A DNA stretch of 64,000 bases from Eledone cirrhosa (taxonomy: Eukaryota), in the NCBI GenBank assembly GCA_964016885.1, contig OZ024740.1, forward strand, positions 54,250,001 through 54,314,000. The letters are read 5' to 3'. A program made the translations under genes and the position numbers. The notes beneath the pieces are model-generated. The model was not told the origin of the DNA and did not search any database. It saw nothing but the letters and a program-made list of their open reading frames with translations. Shown piece by piece: positions 12,700 to 26,500 of the stretch. Positions within the stretch are counted from its first letter, which is position 1. Each line of letters starts with the position of its first letter.

Positions 12700-14770
12700 T
12701 GTTACAGCCCTTGTCTACCCCCCGGGTCATTATGGGGTTTGAGGGCGAGGTAAGTCCTACGCAATCTGTGTTTGCATGCTGTTACCTGTTCATCCTTCTT
12801 GTTTAGGAGTTGGTCCGTCGAGAACAGCATTTGTAAAATTTCCTCCGAGCATAAATTGCACGGACGGCGTCCTTCCCTGTAAGAGTTGGCTCTGGACAGT
12901 AAGCTCCAAGTGAGATCATAGGTAATATTGTTATCCTTGAGGTCTCAGATCTGGCCCGAAAGTGTGGTGGCGTGACGCTGGGCCGGGTTTCGGAAGGTAT
13001 GTCTGTGTTGGTATAGCCGGGTCTTGAAGTCACATGCGGTTAATCCTATATAAGCTTTGTTGGAGGTGTCCGTCCTCACGTTGCACTGGTAGATCTTATT
13101 ACGATCTCTGCATCTGTTGTCGAGGGGGAAAATGGATCCATCAGGACAGTTGCACCTCCTGGTCGGCTCTCCACTGCTATTTAGGTTATTTCTTCCATAG
13201 GGGTTGAGTTTTTTGTTGTTAGAGGAGACGATGTTTTGTGCAAAGTTTGGTGTGATGCTGTAGGAGAGTTTAATGGTATTTTTGTTAATTATGTTGTGGT
13301 AGCGGTGTTGTAGTGGGAAGTGTTTTTCGATGAGCCATAAGAAGATTTTCCCGATAGGAGCTGTCACCTCGGCGTTGTAGGGAGGATTGAACCATGTTAC
13401 ATTGCGTGAGCGGCGGTGTCGCCTGCTGGTTCCGCTAATGGAAGCTGGACAGTAGGATATTTCCTCCCGGAAACCACTCCGCTTGAGGGCCTGGTTGTAA
13501 TAAGGCGCATGTTCCTCGAATTTCTGCTCATTAGCAGACAAACGAGATATGCGGAGGGAGATGTTTTTAACCAGGTTATTGGTGATGTTTCTAGGATGGT
13601 TTGACCCGCGGTGGATGTAGTGCAGGTTGTTGTTGGGTTTCCTGTATGGATAGTACAGATCATTATCGAGGTCAAGGATAACGTCTAGGAAGTCTACTCG
13701 GGTCAGGGACGTTTGTAGGGTTATTTTAAATCACCAGTCGCGGAAGAAGCGGATTAATTGTTTACAGACCCGATCTGTACTACTGGAGTTGTACCCTTTA
13801 AGGGTAAGGAGCCCATCATCACCGTACAATCCACCGCCGAACGCAGGAAACATATCGGTGAGTTTAACTAGTTTGAATAATCCTATAAGATCCGTGACCT
13901 CAGCCGAATCCGTCGCGCCCATGCTGACGTCGAAGGGTGAGTCAGGAGCTCTCTTTATCCATTTGGAGTTGTCGAAGAGTAGGACTGTCTTCCTGGCGTG
14001 GAGGATGATGTTTCTTTCCTGGTCGGTGATGGGCGCAAGTGTTTCGGCAAAGTCCAAGGCAGCCGTAAGTAGCGGTAAGGTAATTGAAGCATAGTAACTC
14101 TCTATGTCAAACTGGATGAATTTTGTGTCTCGTTTGTCCTCCATATTGCTGAACCATGAGATTACATCCTGGGTGTTGACCCATAGGCTAAGTCTGGCGT
14201 GTTGCTTAACTTTTGGTATAATGCGGTCTAGGATCTTTTTGCTGATTCTCCCTATGTCGGACTTCGTTGGGTTTATAAGCCTGATAGAAGGTTTACGGTC
14301 GAAATCGGATTTGTGGTCTTCAATGTGAAGTAGGGTGTCCGTGGGTCTAGGGGTTCCGTGCGGTCGGCGACCCCGAGGCTGGAGGTAATTTGTTGTCCAT
14401 CTCGATTTATGTCCTCGATGCAGGAGTGGTTAGCCTTTTTATAGGTGGAGTTTAGGCTGCTCCTCATCAGTGTGTGGTATCTGTCGGGGTTGACGAAGTA
14501 GAGGTTACCAGTTTTATCCGAGTGCACCATGATGTCATTGGTGTTATCATAATCTGTTAAGTTGCTACGGAGTTTTTGTAGGAATCGGTTGTGTCTGGGT
14601 TTGAATTTAATGTTCTTGACCAGTTGGAAAAGGTCATTCTCGAAGGGTGAGAGCATAGGGTTCGGAGTGGGAGATTTGTAGGTATTACATCAGAATCTCT
14701 CCTTGGTACCGAAGTCCTGATTGTCGCAATATCTGTCGTAGAAAAAAAAGTATTTTGGCCCCCTCCACTT
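12700..14770 (-). pseudogene. PLE RT plus GIY-YIG polyprotein, disrupted
   Basis: FENDLFQLVKNIKF, HSDKTGNLY, FIQFDIESYYASI, FDVSMGATDSAEV, GLYGDDGL, WFNPPY, CNC, IYQC..AYIGLT, CNLC, CKH. Confidence 0.93.
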
Positions 14771-15230
14771 GTTGACCCGTCACCGTAAGATATACTCGGT
14801 TGATTACTACTACCTCTTAAAAGGGTCTCATTATAATTCCGTCCCACCTAGTAAACTTTTCTATAGTCTAGCAGTACCACTGAGAGACTTTATGGCTGTC
14901 GTTAGGGAATAGTAACCAGTAATTGTTTTTTTTTGTTTTTTTTTTAACATTCTCGGTATTCTTCTATATATTTACCCCATATTGTTTTACTTTTTGTTTC
15001 GACTTCCTCTCCCTCCACCTCCCTAGTATACTTCCTTGCCCTCCCTCCTGTCCTGCTGTAGTTGGCACTATCAACGCACGACTGGATTTCCTCCACCCCC
15101 TCTCCCTCTTTCTACAACTGGCAGGTTCAGCTACCCCTTCCTTCCACAAATTGCCATGATAGAATTATGTGTCTCAACAACAGACTTTTGACAAATCCTT
15201 GTGACAATCACTTTTACCATATATGGAATT

Positions 15231-15326
15231 ACCCCCTGAGAAGCTCGGCTATTCATATACCAGGATAAAAATGTTAATTTAGTCCAGAATTAGCCGTTGA
15301 AACGGCTTGAGCTGAGCCGTCGGGGT
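15231..15326 (+). ncRNA. Type I hammerhead-like ribozyme (core CUGAGAA)
   Basis: acccc-CTGAGAA-[cggcta..tagccg]-GAAA-cggct..agccg-TC-ggggt. Confidence 0.68.
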
Positions 15327-15417
15327 CCTACTCGTTCCTATTACCCACTCTACTACCCTAAGTTTTGAGTACTTTGGTGCGTTATGGTCCACCTGGTTCC
15401 TTACCACATTTCCTTCG

Positions 15418-15452
<35 letters not shown>

Positions 15453-15580
15453 TATTCGATGATTATGTCAAAGAATGAGTTTTACAGTAGATTGGAAGCA
15501 CTCAACGGTAAAATAATCTTCAGGAGTTATTAATATTAAAATATAAGTATTAATAACATAGATGTTCTTTTGATCAATTA

Positions 15581-15635
15581 CATTTTATTATACATATTTC
15601 GGATATACAACAGTACGTCCTCATCAGACAAAATA
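15581..15635 (-). ncRNA. Minimal type I hammerhead ribozyme
   Basis: Inverted copy of 16462-16516. Confidence 0.78.
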
Positions 15636-16461
15636 TAATGATACATGACATACCCCGAGATGTTAAATGGTTAAGATTTAATCAAGGTAGTGATTACCCG
15701 ATAGAAGTATAATTAGTACATTTACACCCAATTATACACATGTATATATTTATCCTTAGCATATTATTTTATTTTTATCTTCGTCGGTATTATTTACCTT
15801 AAACATACTGGCTGATTAATTAATTTATACCGATATACATAATTGTTTCTACTTTTGGCACAAGTACATAATAGTTATTTAAATATTTATAACAATAAGT
15901 ACTTCAAAAGCTTTACATACCTCATATGTTGGTATATTTGTTAATGTTTAGATTTAGGTAATTAATCAACAGTATAATTTTTCATTCTTTATGTGCCAGC
16001 TAAATCCTTTAAAGGTTATTCTCACAATTCAGAGGCTTAGAAATGATAACACACTTATTGAATTTATATAAATAATATATAAATAACTAGCAAATAATCC
16101 TGAAATCTGGAGTCTTCACCTTAATATTATAAATTAAATATTTTCAAATCTAACCATTTAACTTTCGAAAATAAAAACTCCACACTTTATTGCTCCCTCC
16201 TTATAAATGTTTTTCCAGTGGCTATCACTGGCTGTTGTGATTCATGAGACGTTTTCTAGATATATTGTAGTATCATACACTTTAAAATTTTAGAACACTT
16301 ACAGTATGCAACGTTTTTTCTTACTCACACATTCTCTAATGAATTTATTACGTTTTCGCACTTTCACATCGATATTATATAAGTAAAATTTTCTATCGGG
16401 TATTCACTACCTTGATTAAATCTTAACCATTTAACATCTCAGGGTATGTCATATATCATTA

Positions 16462-16516
16462 TATTTTGTCTGATGAGGACGTACTGTTGTACATCCGAAA
16501 TATGTATAATAAAATG
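16462..16516 (+). ncRNA. Minimal type I hammerhead ribozyme
   Basis: tattttgt-CTGATGA-ggacgtac(tgtt)gtacatcc-GAAA-tatgta-TA-ataaaatg. Confidence 0.82.
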
Positions 16517-16652
16517 TAATTGATCAAAAGAACATCTATTTTATTAATACTTATATTTTAATATATATATATAAATATATATATATTATTGACGGCACTT
16601 TACAGACGGCACTTCTGGTCCATTCAATGTTGTAGTTTATAAGAAGATATAT

Positions 16653-16697
<45 letters not shown>

Positions 16698-17264
16698 TAA
16701 AGTATAGAAATTGTTGTGAGCGTGAAGCCAACATTGTTTCATAATATATAAGTCACTATAACGTCAAAATGGAAAAATAGTTAACGTAAGATGTGGGAAA
16801 ATAATTCAAACTCAATTCAAAGAAAATCAAGACATAAATTAATCCATAGAATGTTGTGAAATACAGGGAAAAATCAATAGAGCCTTAAAATAAAATTTAA
16901 ATACACATCCTTCAATTTGGAAAAAACTCCAAATGCTCTGTATAGTCTTAAAAAGACTATTTCGCGAAACTTTCAGTGGGGATGGTCACGGTTGGAGTCG
17001 TTCATCAGCAGAGCTCAAACATGATAACCCAAATACCACTGTAGAATATGCCAAAAAGGGAATTTAAAGACAGGCTAGTTCACCTCGTACGTAATTATGA
17101 AACATAAACGCACATGGAGAGACATGGCTGGTGACGTCAGAATGAGACGAATGTCTGTTTGCATGAAACAACAGTCAAAACATTCCGAAAAAAATCTACA
17201 TGTGTAAGATGTTCAGCAAAATAGCAATATTATAGCGGTTTATTTATATATATATATATATATA

Positions 17265-20200
17265 CTAGCAGAAGTGCCCGGCGTTGCTCGGAGTTTAATT
17301 GCTTAATAATTCCACTCAATTATGATTATTGAGGCAAAGATTGATATAAGTTCCCACCCAACCAATCGATTTGCAACGGGATAGAAAGCCCTGCAAAGGG
17401 GTTTGCAACACTCTCAGAAGGGGGTAATAATTGAATATGAGGTGGCCCTGAAAAGGACCGTGTTATCGTTCTCACAATGGTAACAATTTGGTAGGAAGTC
17501 CTGGAAACGGGTGTAAAACGTTGCAGGTGAATAGGGCCTCTTCCCCTTCCAGCAACGGCAGCAAACGTGTTGTCCCGAAACTTCAGGCTCTGTGAAAACA
17601 GATTGGATGCCCTATGGAGGAAAGAGGGGGAATAAGCATGGGTAAGTAAATACGGGTAAGTTTGAAAATATACAACAATAACATGTACTCACCATATGTC
17701 AGACCGGCAAGACTGTAGTGGTGCTGAATAGTGGAGTCACAACACCTCACTGTAAACCAAATTTTTTGTTCTGCCTTTGGACGCAAGTATGAATAAGTTC
17801 TGCTTGCATCCGACTCTTGGGCATGCGACGTATAATTGGCCGTGTGAGAAGCATGGCTGACCTAAATGGAGGCCTGCCATTGTTAGCGTTTGGCCTTAGG
17901 ACTTGTTGATTATCATCGCGAAGCAAAGTTTAACGGGGAATTGAATTCGGCGCAGAGTACAGGGGCATTCCTTACCTGATGGAGTTAATGGTATTCTGGG
18001 TATAAAGACGTTTTCGCCAGCGCCGCAGCCCGTTAGAATTGTGGCTTCAATTGCATGCGACAGGAGGTTTCTTACCACTAACTGTTTTCCATTGCAGAGA
18101 CGCGGTTGTTCCAGTTTCCTCAACAACATCACTGGAGCCGCAACTTTGAGGTGCAGTTCATGAGGTGGCAGTCCGGAGAGGTCCAAGGAATTGAGGAATT
18201 CTGTGGGAAAATTGTTAACCTCATCTTTGTCCACAACTGTGTCCACAGATTTGTAGGTAAGGAGGTTTCCAGGAATGCATTGCAGAAGGTCCTCATTGAT
18301 TTTTGCAACAGAAACATTTTGGGGAGCTAATATGGCTCTATCGCACAGCCAACTCGTGTACTTGTAGTTGATGGCCATATCGGCAAAGACAGAGACTGCC
18401 ATTTCTCCAGCTGCATCTGAAGGTGCAGTGCCGTCACCAACTGTTAAGAGGTCCTACGAGAAATCGGCTGATAAGTGGTCGCCGAACAGTTGGGCTCTCA
18501 TGTTTGTGGTGAGGGTCAGAATTGTCACCTCCTGCCACAGGGGAGATGACTTAATGCAAGCTCCCACAGTGTCGGCCCTGGTGGCCTTTGAAACAACTGG
18601 AAGAGTTTGTCGAAAATCGCCAGACAGCAGTAGAGGTACTCCTCCCATCGGCCGGTTGCATACCCTGATGTCCCGTAGAGTCCTGTCTAACGCCTCAAGG
18701 GACCCTTTATGGGCCATTGTGCATTCGTCCCACACAATTAGCTGGCATCTTTTCAAAACGTCTGCTTTGTCAGAGTCCTTGGTGATATTGCAGGTTATTG
18801 TGTCGTCTGAAGTCGCATTGAATGGTTGTTTAAATGCGGAATGAGCTGTCCTACCTCCGGGCAGCAGAGTTGCGGCAATTCCAGAAGAAGCCACAGCCAG
18901 GGCGATTCCTTTTTGCTGTCGCACTTTGGCGAGGAGGATTTTAGTGACGAATGTTTTACCAGTTACTCCTTGGGCGTCGAAAAAGAAGATACCTCCTGTG
19001 CGTTGACGAATGGAAATGCAAATTGTGTCATACGCCCGCCGTTGGTCCTGCAACAATTTCGGCTCGTTTTCGTTGATGAACAGTTCGAGGGCGTCGACCT
19101 CGTAGGCAGTTTCCTGAATTATGCCCGTAGGAAGTTTGTCCGAGCCCATTCACTGAACTTTTGGCAGTCCATATAATGGAAGCTCATTTCCGCCGGTAGT
19201 TAGCATTTTTTCCTTGATGTTAATGAGAGCTTTATTGAAGAATTCGTCGCTGAGTCGTACGTCGGAATGAGGGAGTAGCAGTTGTCCTTGGTGTATGTAG
19301 TCAGCGGAAAGATCCTCTTTGTATTTCTCTCAGAAGGAGACAGGGTCGCTTAGCTCTCATGTCTGCAGTAGCACCGCAAAGAGTTGCCGAAGACTTCACG
19401 CTGAGTGTATTGTAGCTGCCTCCGTCAATGTTGCCTCCCACTGAGCGCCATCTCCCAGGATGCGCCGAATGAAGTACAAACCTCTCTGTTGATTGTTTTC
19501 AGATCGTCGAAAGATGTCAGTCCTCCACCTCATGCAGTAGAAGGCGGGGATAAAAGCATTCCTGTTGGTTAGGATGAATTGTGTAGACTCTCCGAAGGGT
19601 AGGGGAGATTTTAATGTCTGGATGTCCCTCAACGAGTTGTCCTTTCACCCTTCTTAACCAAATTCTGTTGTCTGTGTTCCAAGTGTAGTATGATGGCACC
19701 TGAGAGTAGAAAAGGGTCTTGGCGAAGGGATCGTTTCGGCATAACTTAAAAAAATGCCGTAAGTGTGGTGTCCTTGGGTTACTCTGCTATCTCAGCAGAG
19801 GTGGAGGCGGTGAAGTAGACTCTTTGACCGTTTTCAAGGTGCACCACCAACTGTTTGATTGGGGGGGGGGGGAGTTATGGTGTATTACAAAGAGAAAGAA
19901 TCGCCAGAGCGCTTCATTACTGCTGATGTATCGGCCGACCTGGTATCGAGTGATTTCGTCTCGGCTGTTCTCCATTGTAAAACCGAAGGACGCAGCATTG
20001 GAACTCTTATTGATGTACTTGCAGACGTATTTTATTGATTTGGTGGGGTGGCAGTATTCAACGTTAATGTGGGCGTTGAACATTTTAAGCAGAAGTGGGC
20101 AGTAGGGTACAATCCACCGGTTGTCGACGTGGTAATGTGGGGTTTTCGCAACAATTCCTCCGTCCGCTGGCTCCCTGCGGCGGTATAATGGGTAACCGTC

Positions 20201-22910
20201 GCCACCTGTCTGAGTTTCTCGGAGGAATGGCCTTGGATACCTCTTGGTGCACCTTCTTTCCTTAATGCATGGCGAACCATGTGAGCAGTGACGATGTTGT
20301 GGAGTTCTCTGTCCAATTTCGGGTCGCGTATTTCTGCTGAAATAATGCTGTCAATGCTGGTTGCGTTGACCTTTCGTTATTAGCCAAATGAGTAGGTGGG
20401 CGTGTGGCAGGCCTCTCTTTTGCCACTCAACGGTGTATACGTAGCACCTAACAGAGGCCTTACCTGATTGTATGAGTTCAATACGTTTTGTCAATTTCAA
20501 GTGGAAGACTCATGCCGTAAGTTCGTGTCTGTCTGACGCCCTTTGTCCGGGGAATAATTCCGCGGTAATTTCAGTCCACTTAGGGCTGCAAGTTAAAGTG
20601 ATGAAGAGATCCGGTCTGCCATAGAGACGCACGTAAATCATAGCATCCTGTGTTCGTTCACTCATGTATCGGGGACTCCCAATAAACGTCGACGGAAGGA
20701 TACAATGTTTTCCAAGGTTCTCGGGATCGACATCATTCCTTACTCCATCCTGTAAGTGAATGTAGCTGTCCGAACGAAGGCGTGCTTGATTTTTCCTTAT
20801 GTAGCACAGCCTTTCAGATTCCATCTTTGCGCACGCGTCTACAGCAAGTTGGTTGAAGAGTACTCTTGCACGGTGGAGGTGGTTAAAGCAGCCTTCGCGG
20901 ACCATGAATCGGTAGGTGTAGAATTGCATGCAGGAAACAGTTTTGTTGCTGTTACACAAAGGAATTCCAAAGTGGTATCCGTCGTCACCGAATGGGAAAA
21001 TAAGGGGGTATTGGAATGCGTCGGAGGACCTAGGCGTCCCGCTGATCGTTTGCACAGTGTTGTCCCTACACTGAAGTATGATGTCCCGCTTGTTGTACTG
21101 TCCTCCATGAAGAAACGGAGCTATTTCATTGCACGTGGGAGCGTTAAAAAGGCCGGCGTGGGTGCCTGGTGTTTTCCTGTCAGCGTCGATTAAAACAGCA
21201 AAATTTGGCGCCGGAGCGGCTTCCAATGCGCATTTAAAACTGCGAATGTAGTTGTTGTTTTCATGCTGCATTCTCTGAAGTTCCAACAGAATTTTTATCT
21301 CTATGTCAGGCGAAATTAAGCGCGCCGTTCCGCTTGGTCCAAATAGTCAGTGACAAAGTATAGCTGTAGGAACTGAGGCTCTCCATTTGTCCTAAGCAGG
21401 AGCGAACCGATCCTGTGGTAAATTTGTCCTTGAACTTTAAAGGTATGCATGAAGCCGTCCCCCGTATGATGTTAGCTCCGAAAGAGGTCATTTGGAAGGC
21501 AGCGTTATATCTCCTGGAACATTGAAGGAAGTGTTCCGACTCCGCAGTGACACCGGTCAGTAGAGACTTCAAAGGTTGTGGTGGTTCCTGTAGAGGAGGC
21601 AGTTTCACTTTGCGGTCAGAGAAGCACACCCCTGAAGTCTCCGCAGGCCATTTTTTTCCCGGCAAGATTGGCAAATAACGGACATGGATCCAATCTGAAC
21701 TTCTGGCAGCAGTGCATAGTTAACTGTAGTGTCATAGTGGAAAGCCTTATGAGACCACTGAGTACAACTGATCCTCGGAGTACCTCGATGAGCACTCCTG
21801 CGGAGTGCATTGGCGTTTAGTCTGTGTAATACAATTTGCGCAGTCTCTGACGCACGCACAGAAGCGATTGAAGCGGCGTCCTTACGTCGGCGTCTGGAAC
21901 GCTGCTCTTCGTCCTCACCAGCACGCGCCGCAGCAGTGGAGGCAGCACTTTTGCTTCGTCGTCGAGAATATTGTTCATACGTTTGCGCTGCACGTGCAAC
22001 TGCAGTCAAAAATATATTCCCGGAAAGGCGAATGCTCCTCTGTTCTTCTCTTTCGGTTGACCGGGTAATTGCATTTCGAGTTGCATTTGGTGACAACCGA
22101 GTCAAATTCTCGAGGGACGACTCTGTAGCTCTTCTTCGTTTGGCAGCAGAAGAAGCTTTAGTTTGGCGACTAAGCCATGGTCGTTTCTTTGGGCCTGACC
22201 GTAGTGTCAAAGTATATTTTAAAAGTAAGTTTAAAAAGGGAAACAGGAAGTAATTAATCCGAACACGTAAATATTTATGCAGATAATGGAGCAAAAAAGG
22301 GGGTAGCGAAAAATTTCAATTGAACGGTGAATAAGTGGAAAGTGAGTACTAATTAATTGTAGGAAGAATGCAAGTCAAATAGTAGGTCAAACCTGTAAGC
22401 CAAGCACGTCTGAGTTATAGCACAACAGAGAGTAAACAGGGGCGATAATTTGGAGCACACTGGAAAAATAAATCATCAAAATCGGACGTTCCTAAAAAAT
22501 GTTTTCTCGATATTTTTTTTATCAGAATATTTATATTACTTTTTTTTCTCATATTGCTAAAAAGAAAGGAAAAAAATTAGAAAATGGACAACAACAAAAT
22601 ATAATGTCTTTGTTAAGATTCAAGTAGCGGCGTCTGTACATCAGCGTCTGGAACGCTGCCCTTCGTCCTCGTGACGCAGCAGTTGAGGCGGCAAGAGAGA
22701 GTTAGATCATGTATTTAGTTTTATCGATTTGTTTCATAGAAGCATGACATTTTTGGCAAAGTTTATGTCGCGTTGACCATCGGCGGGAAATTTGGAGCAC
22801 ATTGGAACAAAAAAATCATCAAAATCGGTAGAGAAATGTAAACATCATACACACACATAAACATCATACACGCACACAGACAGACATCTTCAGTTTTATA
22901 TATAGAGAGA
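17265..22910 (-). mobile_element. Helitron, full span, with disrupted RepHel
   Basis: 5' TC(TCTC)TATATATAAAA at 22910; 3' ccgagcaacgccggg hairpin and CTAG at 17265; inserted between A and T. Confidence 0.93.
17780..22200 (-). pseudogene. Helitron Rep (HUH) plus PIF1-type helicase, multiple frameshifts
   Basis: YNAAFQMTSFG, ILPSTFIGSPRYM, GRPDLFITLTC, VEWQKRGLPHAHLL, KYVCKYINK, GKTF, IVWDECTM, GDFRQTLPV, QFPVKLCFAM.INKS. Confidence 0.92.
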
Positions 22911-22929
22911 TAAATATATATATATATAT

Positions 22930-23450
22930 AAACTCACTGCATACTTTACACTCTCTCACAAATCTTCTTCTCTCACTAGACCACCAAATTCTCACCCCCT
23001 CTTTATATTCCACTTCATAACTTACTTTATTTCACTCTTTTACTTCCTCCCTGTCACTAGGCTAATATTCTCTCACCGCTCTCTATATCCCACTACATAC
23101 CTCACTCTCTCTCACAAATCCCCCTTTCTCATTGGACCACCAAATTTCCACCCTTCTCTATTCCACTACATAACACACTATGTTTCATTCTCTAAATTTC
23201 CCCTCTCTCACTTAACCAACAAATACGCTCCCGATCTCTACATCCCTCTACATACCCCACTCTCTCTCACAATTCCCCCTCTTTTACTAGACTACCAAAG
23301 TTTCTCCCTTTCTCTCTCACGCTCACAATGCAATCTCACTAAACCAACAAATTCTCTCCCGCTCTCTATATCCCACAACATACCTCACTCTCTCTCACAA
23401 TTCCTCCTCTCAATAGACCACCAAATTCACTCCTTCTCTATATCCCACTT
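22930..23450. repeat. Degenerate C/T-rich minisatellite
   Basis: Recurrent ctctctcacaa..tagaccaccaaatt..ctctctatatccc units. Confidence 0.7.
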
Positions 23451-23789
23451 CAATATTTTTACTTTGAAACAAATGTTTTCCTCTTTTGTAAATAACGACA
23501 AAGTTCTCCATCCACTCCCCCAACCATTTGAACCCCTGGGGCATCGGGGGAATTTTTATTTATATTCGGTGGTGTGCTTTTGTTGTTTTATTTGACATGA
23601 GTTTAAAATACGTGGCGGTGGAATGTGGTGATGGTATTGTGGTGTTGGTAGTAGTGCGATGGGGTGGTAGTATGATGTAGAGGGTGTTAGTATTGGTAGT
23701 GTGGTGTTGTTGGTGGTGTTTGTATATTTTGAATTCTTCTACCTACCTATTATCTTTCTATCTATCTATCATTCTATCTATCTATACTA

Positions 23790-24645
23790 ATTCAAGTTCC
23801 TCTGGAAGAAACCATTGGTGAGGAGATCCATCTGCTGTCAACACCCTACTTACCGTGGGCTGGGCATGCCGTGGCTGATGATGCGCAAACACGCGCTGAG
23901 GCTACGCCATCTCCAGGTATTCCTGACTGGGGAATCGGCGTGACTGTCGTCTGTGAGACAAGCTCTTCCACAACTCGTCTCACTAACAGAGCTGCAGTCC
24001 TGGGTCAAGCGAAGACTGAAAATGGGTGTCTGGCACCTCGAGTGTTTTCAGGCGCTCACAGCCCTCTACCAAGAGAAAACGGCAATCCACGGAGACTCCA
24101 CTTCGACATTCTATGGGGGATTAGTGGAGGACAAGTGCGACGACGTTCTCGGGGAAAAATCTAGGCATCGAGGAAGACGAACTGACCAGTCTGTTCGGGA
24201 GGACTTTCCGTCCAGGGTTTATGGATAACTTCCAATGCCTGGCAGTGCTACCGAGGAGCTATACCAGTTCGAGACAAAATCTACAGGCACGGACGCCCTG
24301 GCAGAGATCCTTCCAAAAGGACCTGTCCAAGATGCGAGCAGGACATAGAAACCGTTTTGCACGCAATTGTTCAGTGCCCAGGAGTGACCGACCTGTGGAA
24401 TTATGTCGAACAGGTACTTTTGCGTGTTGGATGTATCCGGTTGTCTGCCGAGTCCATCGTGAGGATCACCCCACCGCCTTCATTTAAGAATGAAGGAGAG
24501 GTGGTGTTCCTCTGTCTGGTGGCAAAGGTGAAAGAAGTAATATGGTGGACGAGGTTAAAAGGACTGAGGGCAAGCACCTTTCTCTCCGGACAACAACTCA
24601 TCCCCTTCTTTAAGTACCACTTCAGAAAGTTCAATGTAAATACAT
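23790..24645 (+). mobile_element. Tx1/L1-clade LINE 3' fragment (zf-RVT region)
   Basis: LAWQCYRGAIPVRDKIYRHG..CPRCEQDIETVLHAIVQC..LWNYVEQ. Confidence 0.8.
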
Positions 24646-25342
24646 GAGATGTTTTACAGAGCCGGAATATAAGTATAGATATATATACATAACCAATCAT
24701 AATTACCCCATTCTATATCCCACTACGCTCATAATTTCATATGGTGTTGAGTAAGACAACAACGATTTTCTATGAAATGTAATTTATTTTATCACTATTA
24801 TATTCTCAAAAGAAAAGACATATTGAAGAGATTTACTCATATACATGAGGTCATAGTTGGAATCTTTTGTGCATAGATCTTCATACTCTGGTGAGATCAT
24901 GTTTCAAAATTGCCAAAGTGACATTCACTGCACACTGTTATTAAGGTATGCTCGCTCAGTCTTATTGCACATTTTGTTACTGATTTTGTTTGGCCAAAGT
25001 AATTTCTGAATATGCCGTAGGCATTTGACTTGAAATGTACCCTATTACCATTTTGTAGACACAAATGTATTCCAGCATTCCGACACGTATGATATAACCT
25101 AGAGAACATTTCTCTTGGAAATGTCATCAAATTATCAATTATATACTAGTTAGAAACCCTTGCCTAAACAATTTCTCTATCTCGCTGGTCAGAAAAATGT
25201 TACTCTTGAATTTATTAAGATTAATTTTTATTCTTGTATTTGTTTTTATTAAAAGGCTTTATGAAACATTTCCTCTAAATGTTTTAAATAAAAATGCACA
25301 TTATGTATCAGCATTGTTGTGAGTTATACATGGTTGAATGTG

Positions 25343-25560
25343 AGGCTTGGGAATGCTCAAGCCTTAGTGGTTACTGTGATCGACTCACGATCATATGGAT
25401 TTGAGTTCAACATTCGGAGGCGCCTCATTTTCTTAATCCATCTAACGTTGTTTCAGTCTACACGGCTGGCAGAAATGAGCGGCACATGTAGGTATTATAC
25501 ACATGGTATTATAGTGATGTGTCCTGAGAAGTAGCTTAATATTGCATGTGTTTGAGGAAT
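25343..25560 (+). mobile_element. Degenerate tRNA-derived SINE
   Basis: gccttagtggtta..gactcacgatc..gagttcaa A/B-box-like head. Confidence 0.45.
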
Positions 25561-26500
25561 TCTCAACAATTTTCACATGAATTTCTAGTTGTTGGAACCA
25601 ACAAATGACCCCCCCCCCCCCTCCCTCCAGTCATACACACAAATAGGATTTAGTAGGCAGCCAATACCAACAACTATTTTTAGGATAAAAACCCACTTTG
25701 AAATTCTATGCTTGAGCTACTAACATTTACGTTTTCACTGGCCATGTATATAATATTGAGGTAGAACATTTTACATAAGGATAGCAGATAATATTTTAGT
25801 CACTTAAGCACCAACAGTCAGTTTATAAAGGGATGAGGCTTCAGTCCCATCGGAGCATGTATTTCTCTGTTTATCGTATAATATAGAAATCATCTTGATC
25901 GATCCCAATATACCATAAAAAGCTCAATGAACGTGAAGAGCTATAATCCGAATTTTCAGAGCATTATTTAAACAATATTATTGAGGTATAATGATATTTA
26001 GTAAAGCATAATGAGCAACAATCCATTTAAAGGCAAACACAATTTTAATTATATTATAATTAGTAAATACAATGATAGAAAGATGAATATGTAGCCTGAT
26101 TATTAGAAAATATAATGTTTTTTATAGAGCAAGGTGCCATATCGATATTGCCTTTGTGTGTAAATTAACAACTGTTATTAAATCAATTGTTTTGTGTTAA
26201 AATATTAGTATTATTGAATTTATATTATTCACTTGGGATCAGAATTATTAAATCAAATGTCCCTTCCCACCCAAAAATGAAATGATATGAAATTAAATGA
26301 ATGTTTGTGGAAATCATATCATTGAGATATATGCTAGAATATGTATCAAAATATATCAAAAAATCAATTAAACAAAGGACAAAATAGCTTCTATTATAAT
26401 TTCCATGGTATATTATGATATATTCGGTATGAAAAGATATATATATCTAAGATAGCATCAATTTAAAAAATGCTGTTACAAGGAATATATTAGAATAAAT

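Larger units (their letters stand above)
11457..15420 (-). mobile_element. 5'-truncated PLE (Naiad-like) with inverted pseudo-LTRs, inserted in (TA)n
   Basis: Inverted arms 11457-12027 and 14766-15340, extra tail 15341-15420, and a disrupted RT plus GIY-YIG ORF between the arms. Confidence 0.93.
15450..16564. mobile_element. PLE-type remnant with inverted HHR-bearing arms
   Basis: 15533-15706 is inverted at 16391-16564; tail 15450-15532; (TA)n flanks. Confidence 0.8.

Noticed and set aside
12945-12947. In-frame TGA in the PLE GIY-YIG region as possible selenocysteine, as in some Naiad elements
   Set aside because: It aligns with the conserved Trp of IW.LK (compare AYIWSLK in ORF 2203-2748) rather than a Cys; the ORF has other disruptions and I saw no convincing SECIS
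16750-17240. Possible piggyBac Cys-rich C-terminal remnant
   Set aside because: Too decayed; no terminal repeats or continuous motif
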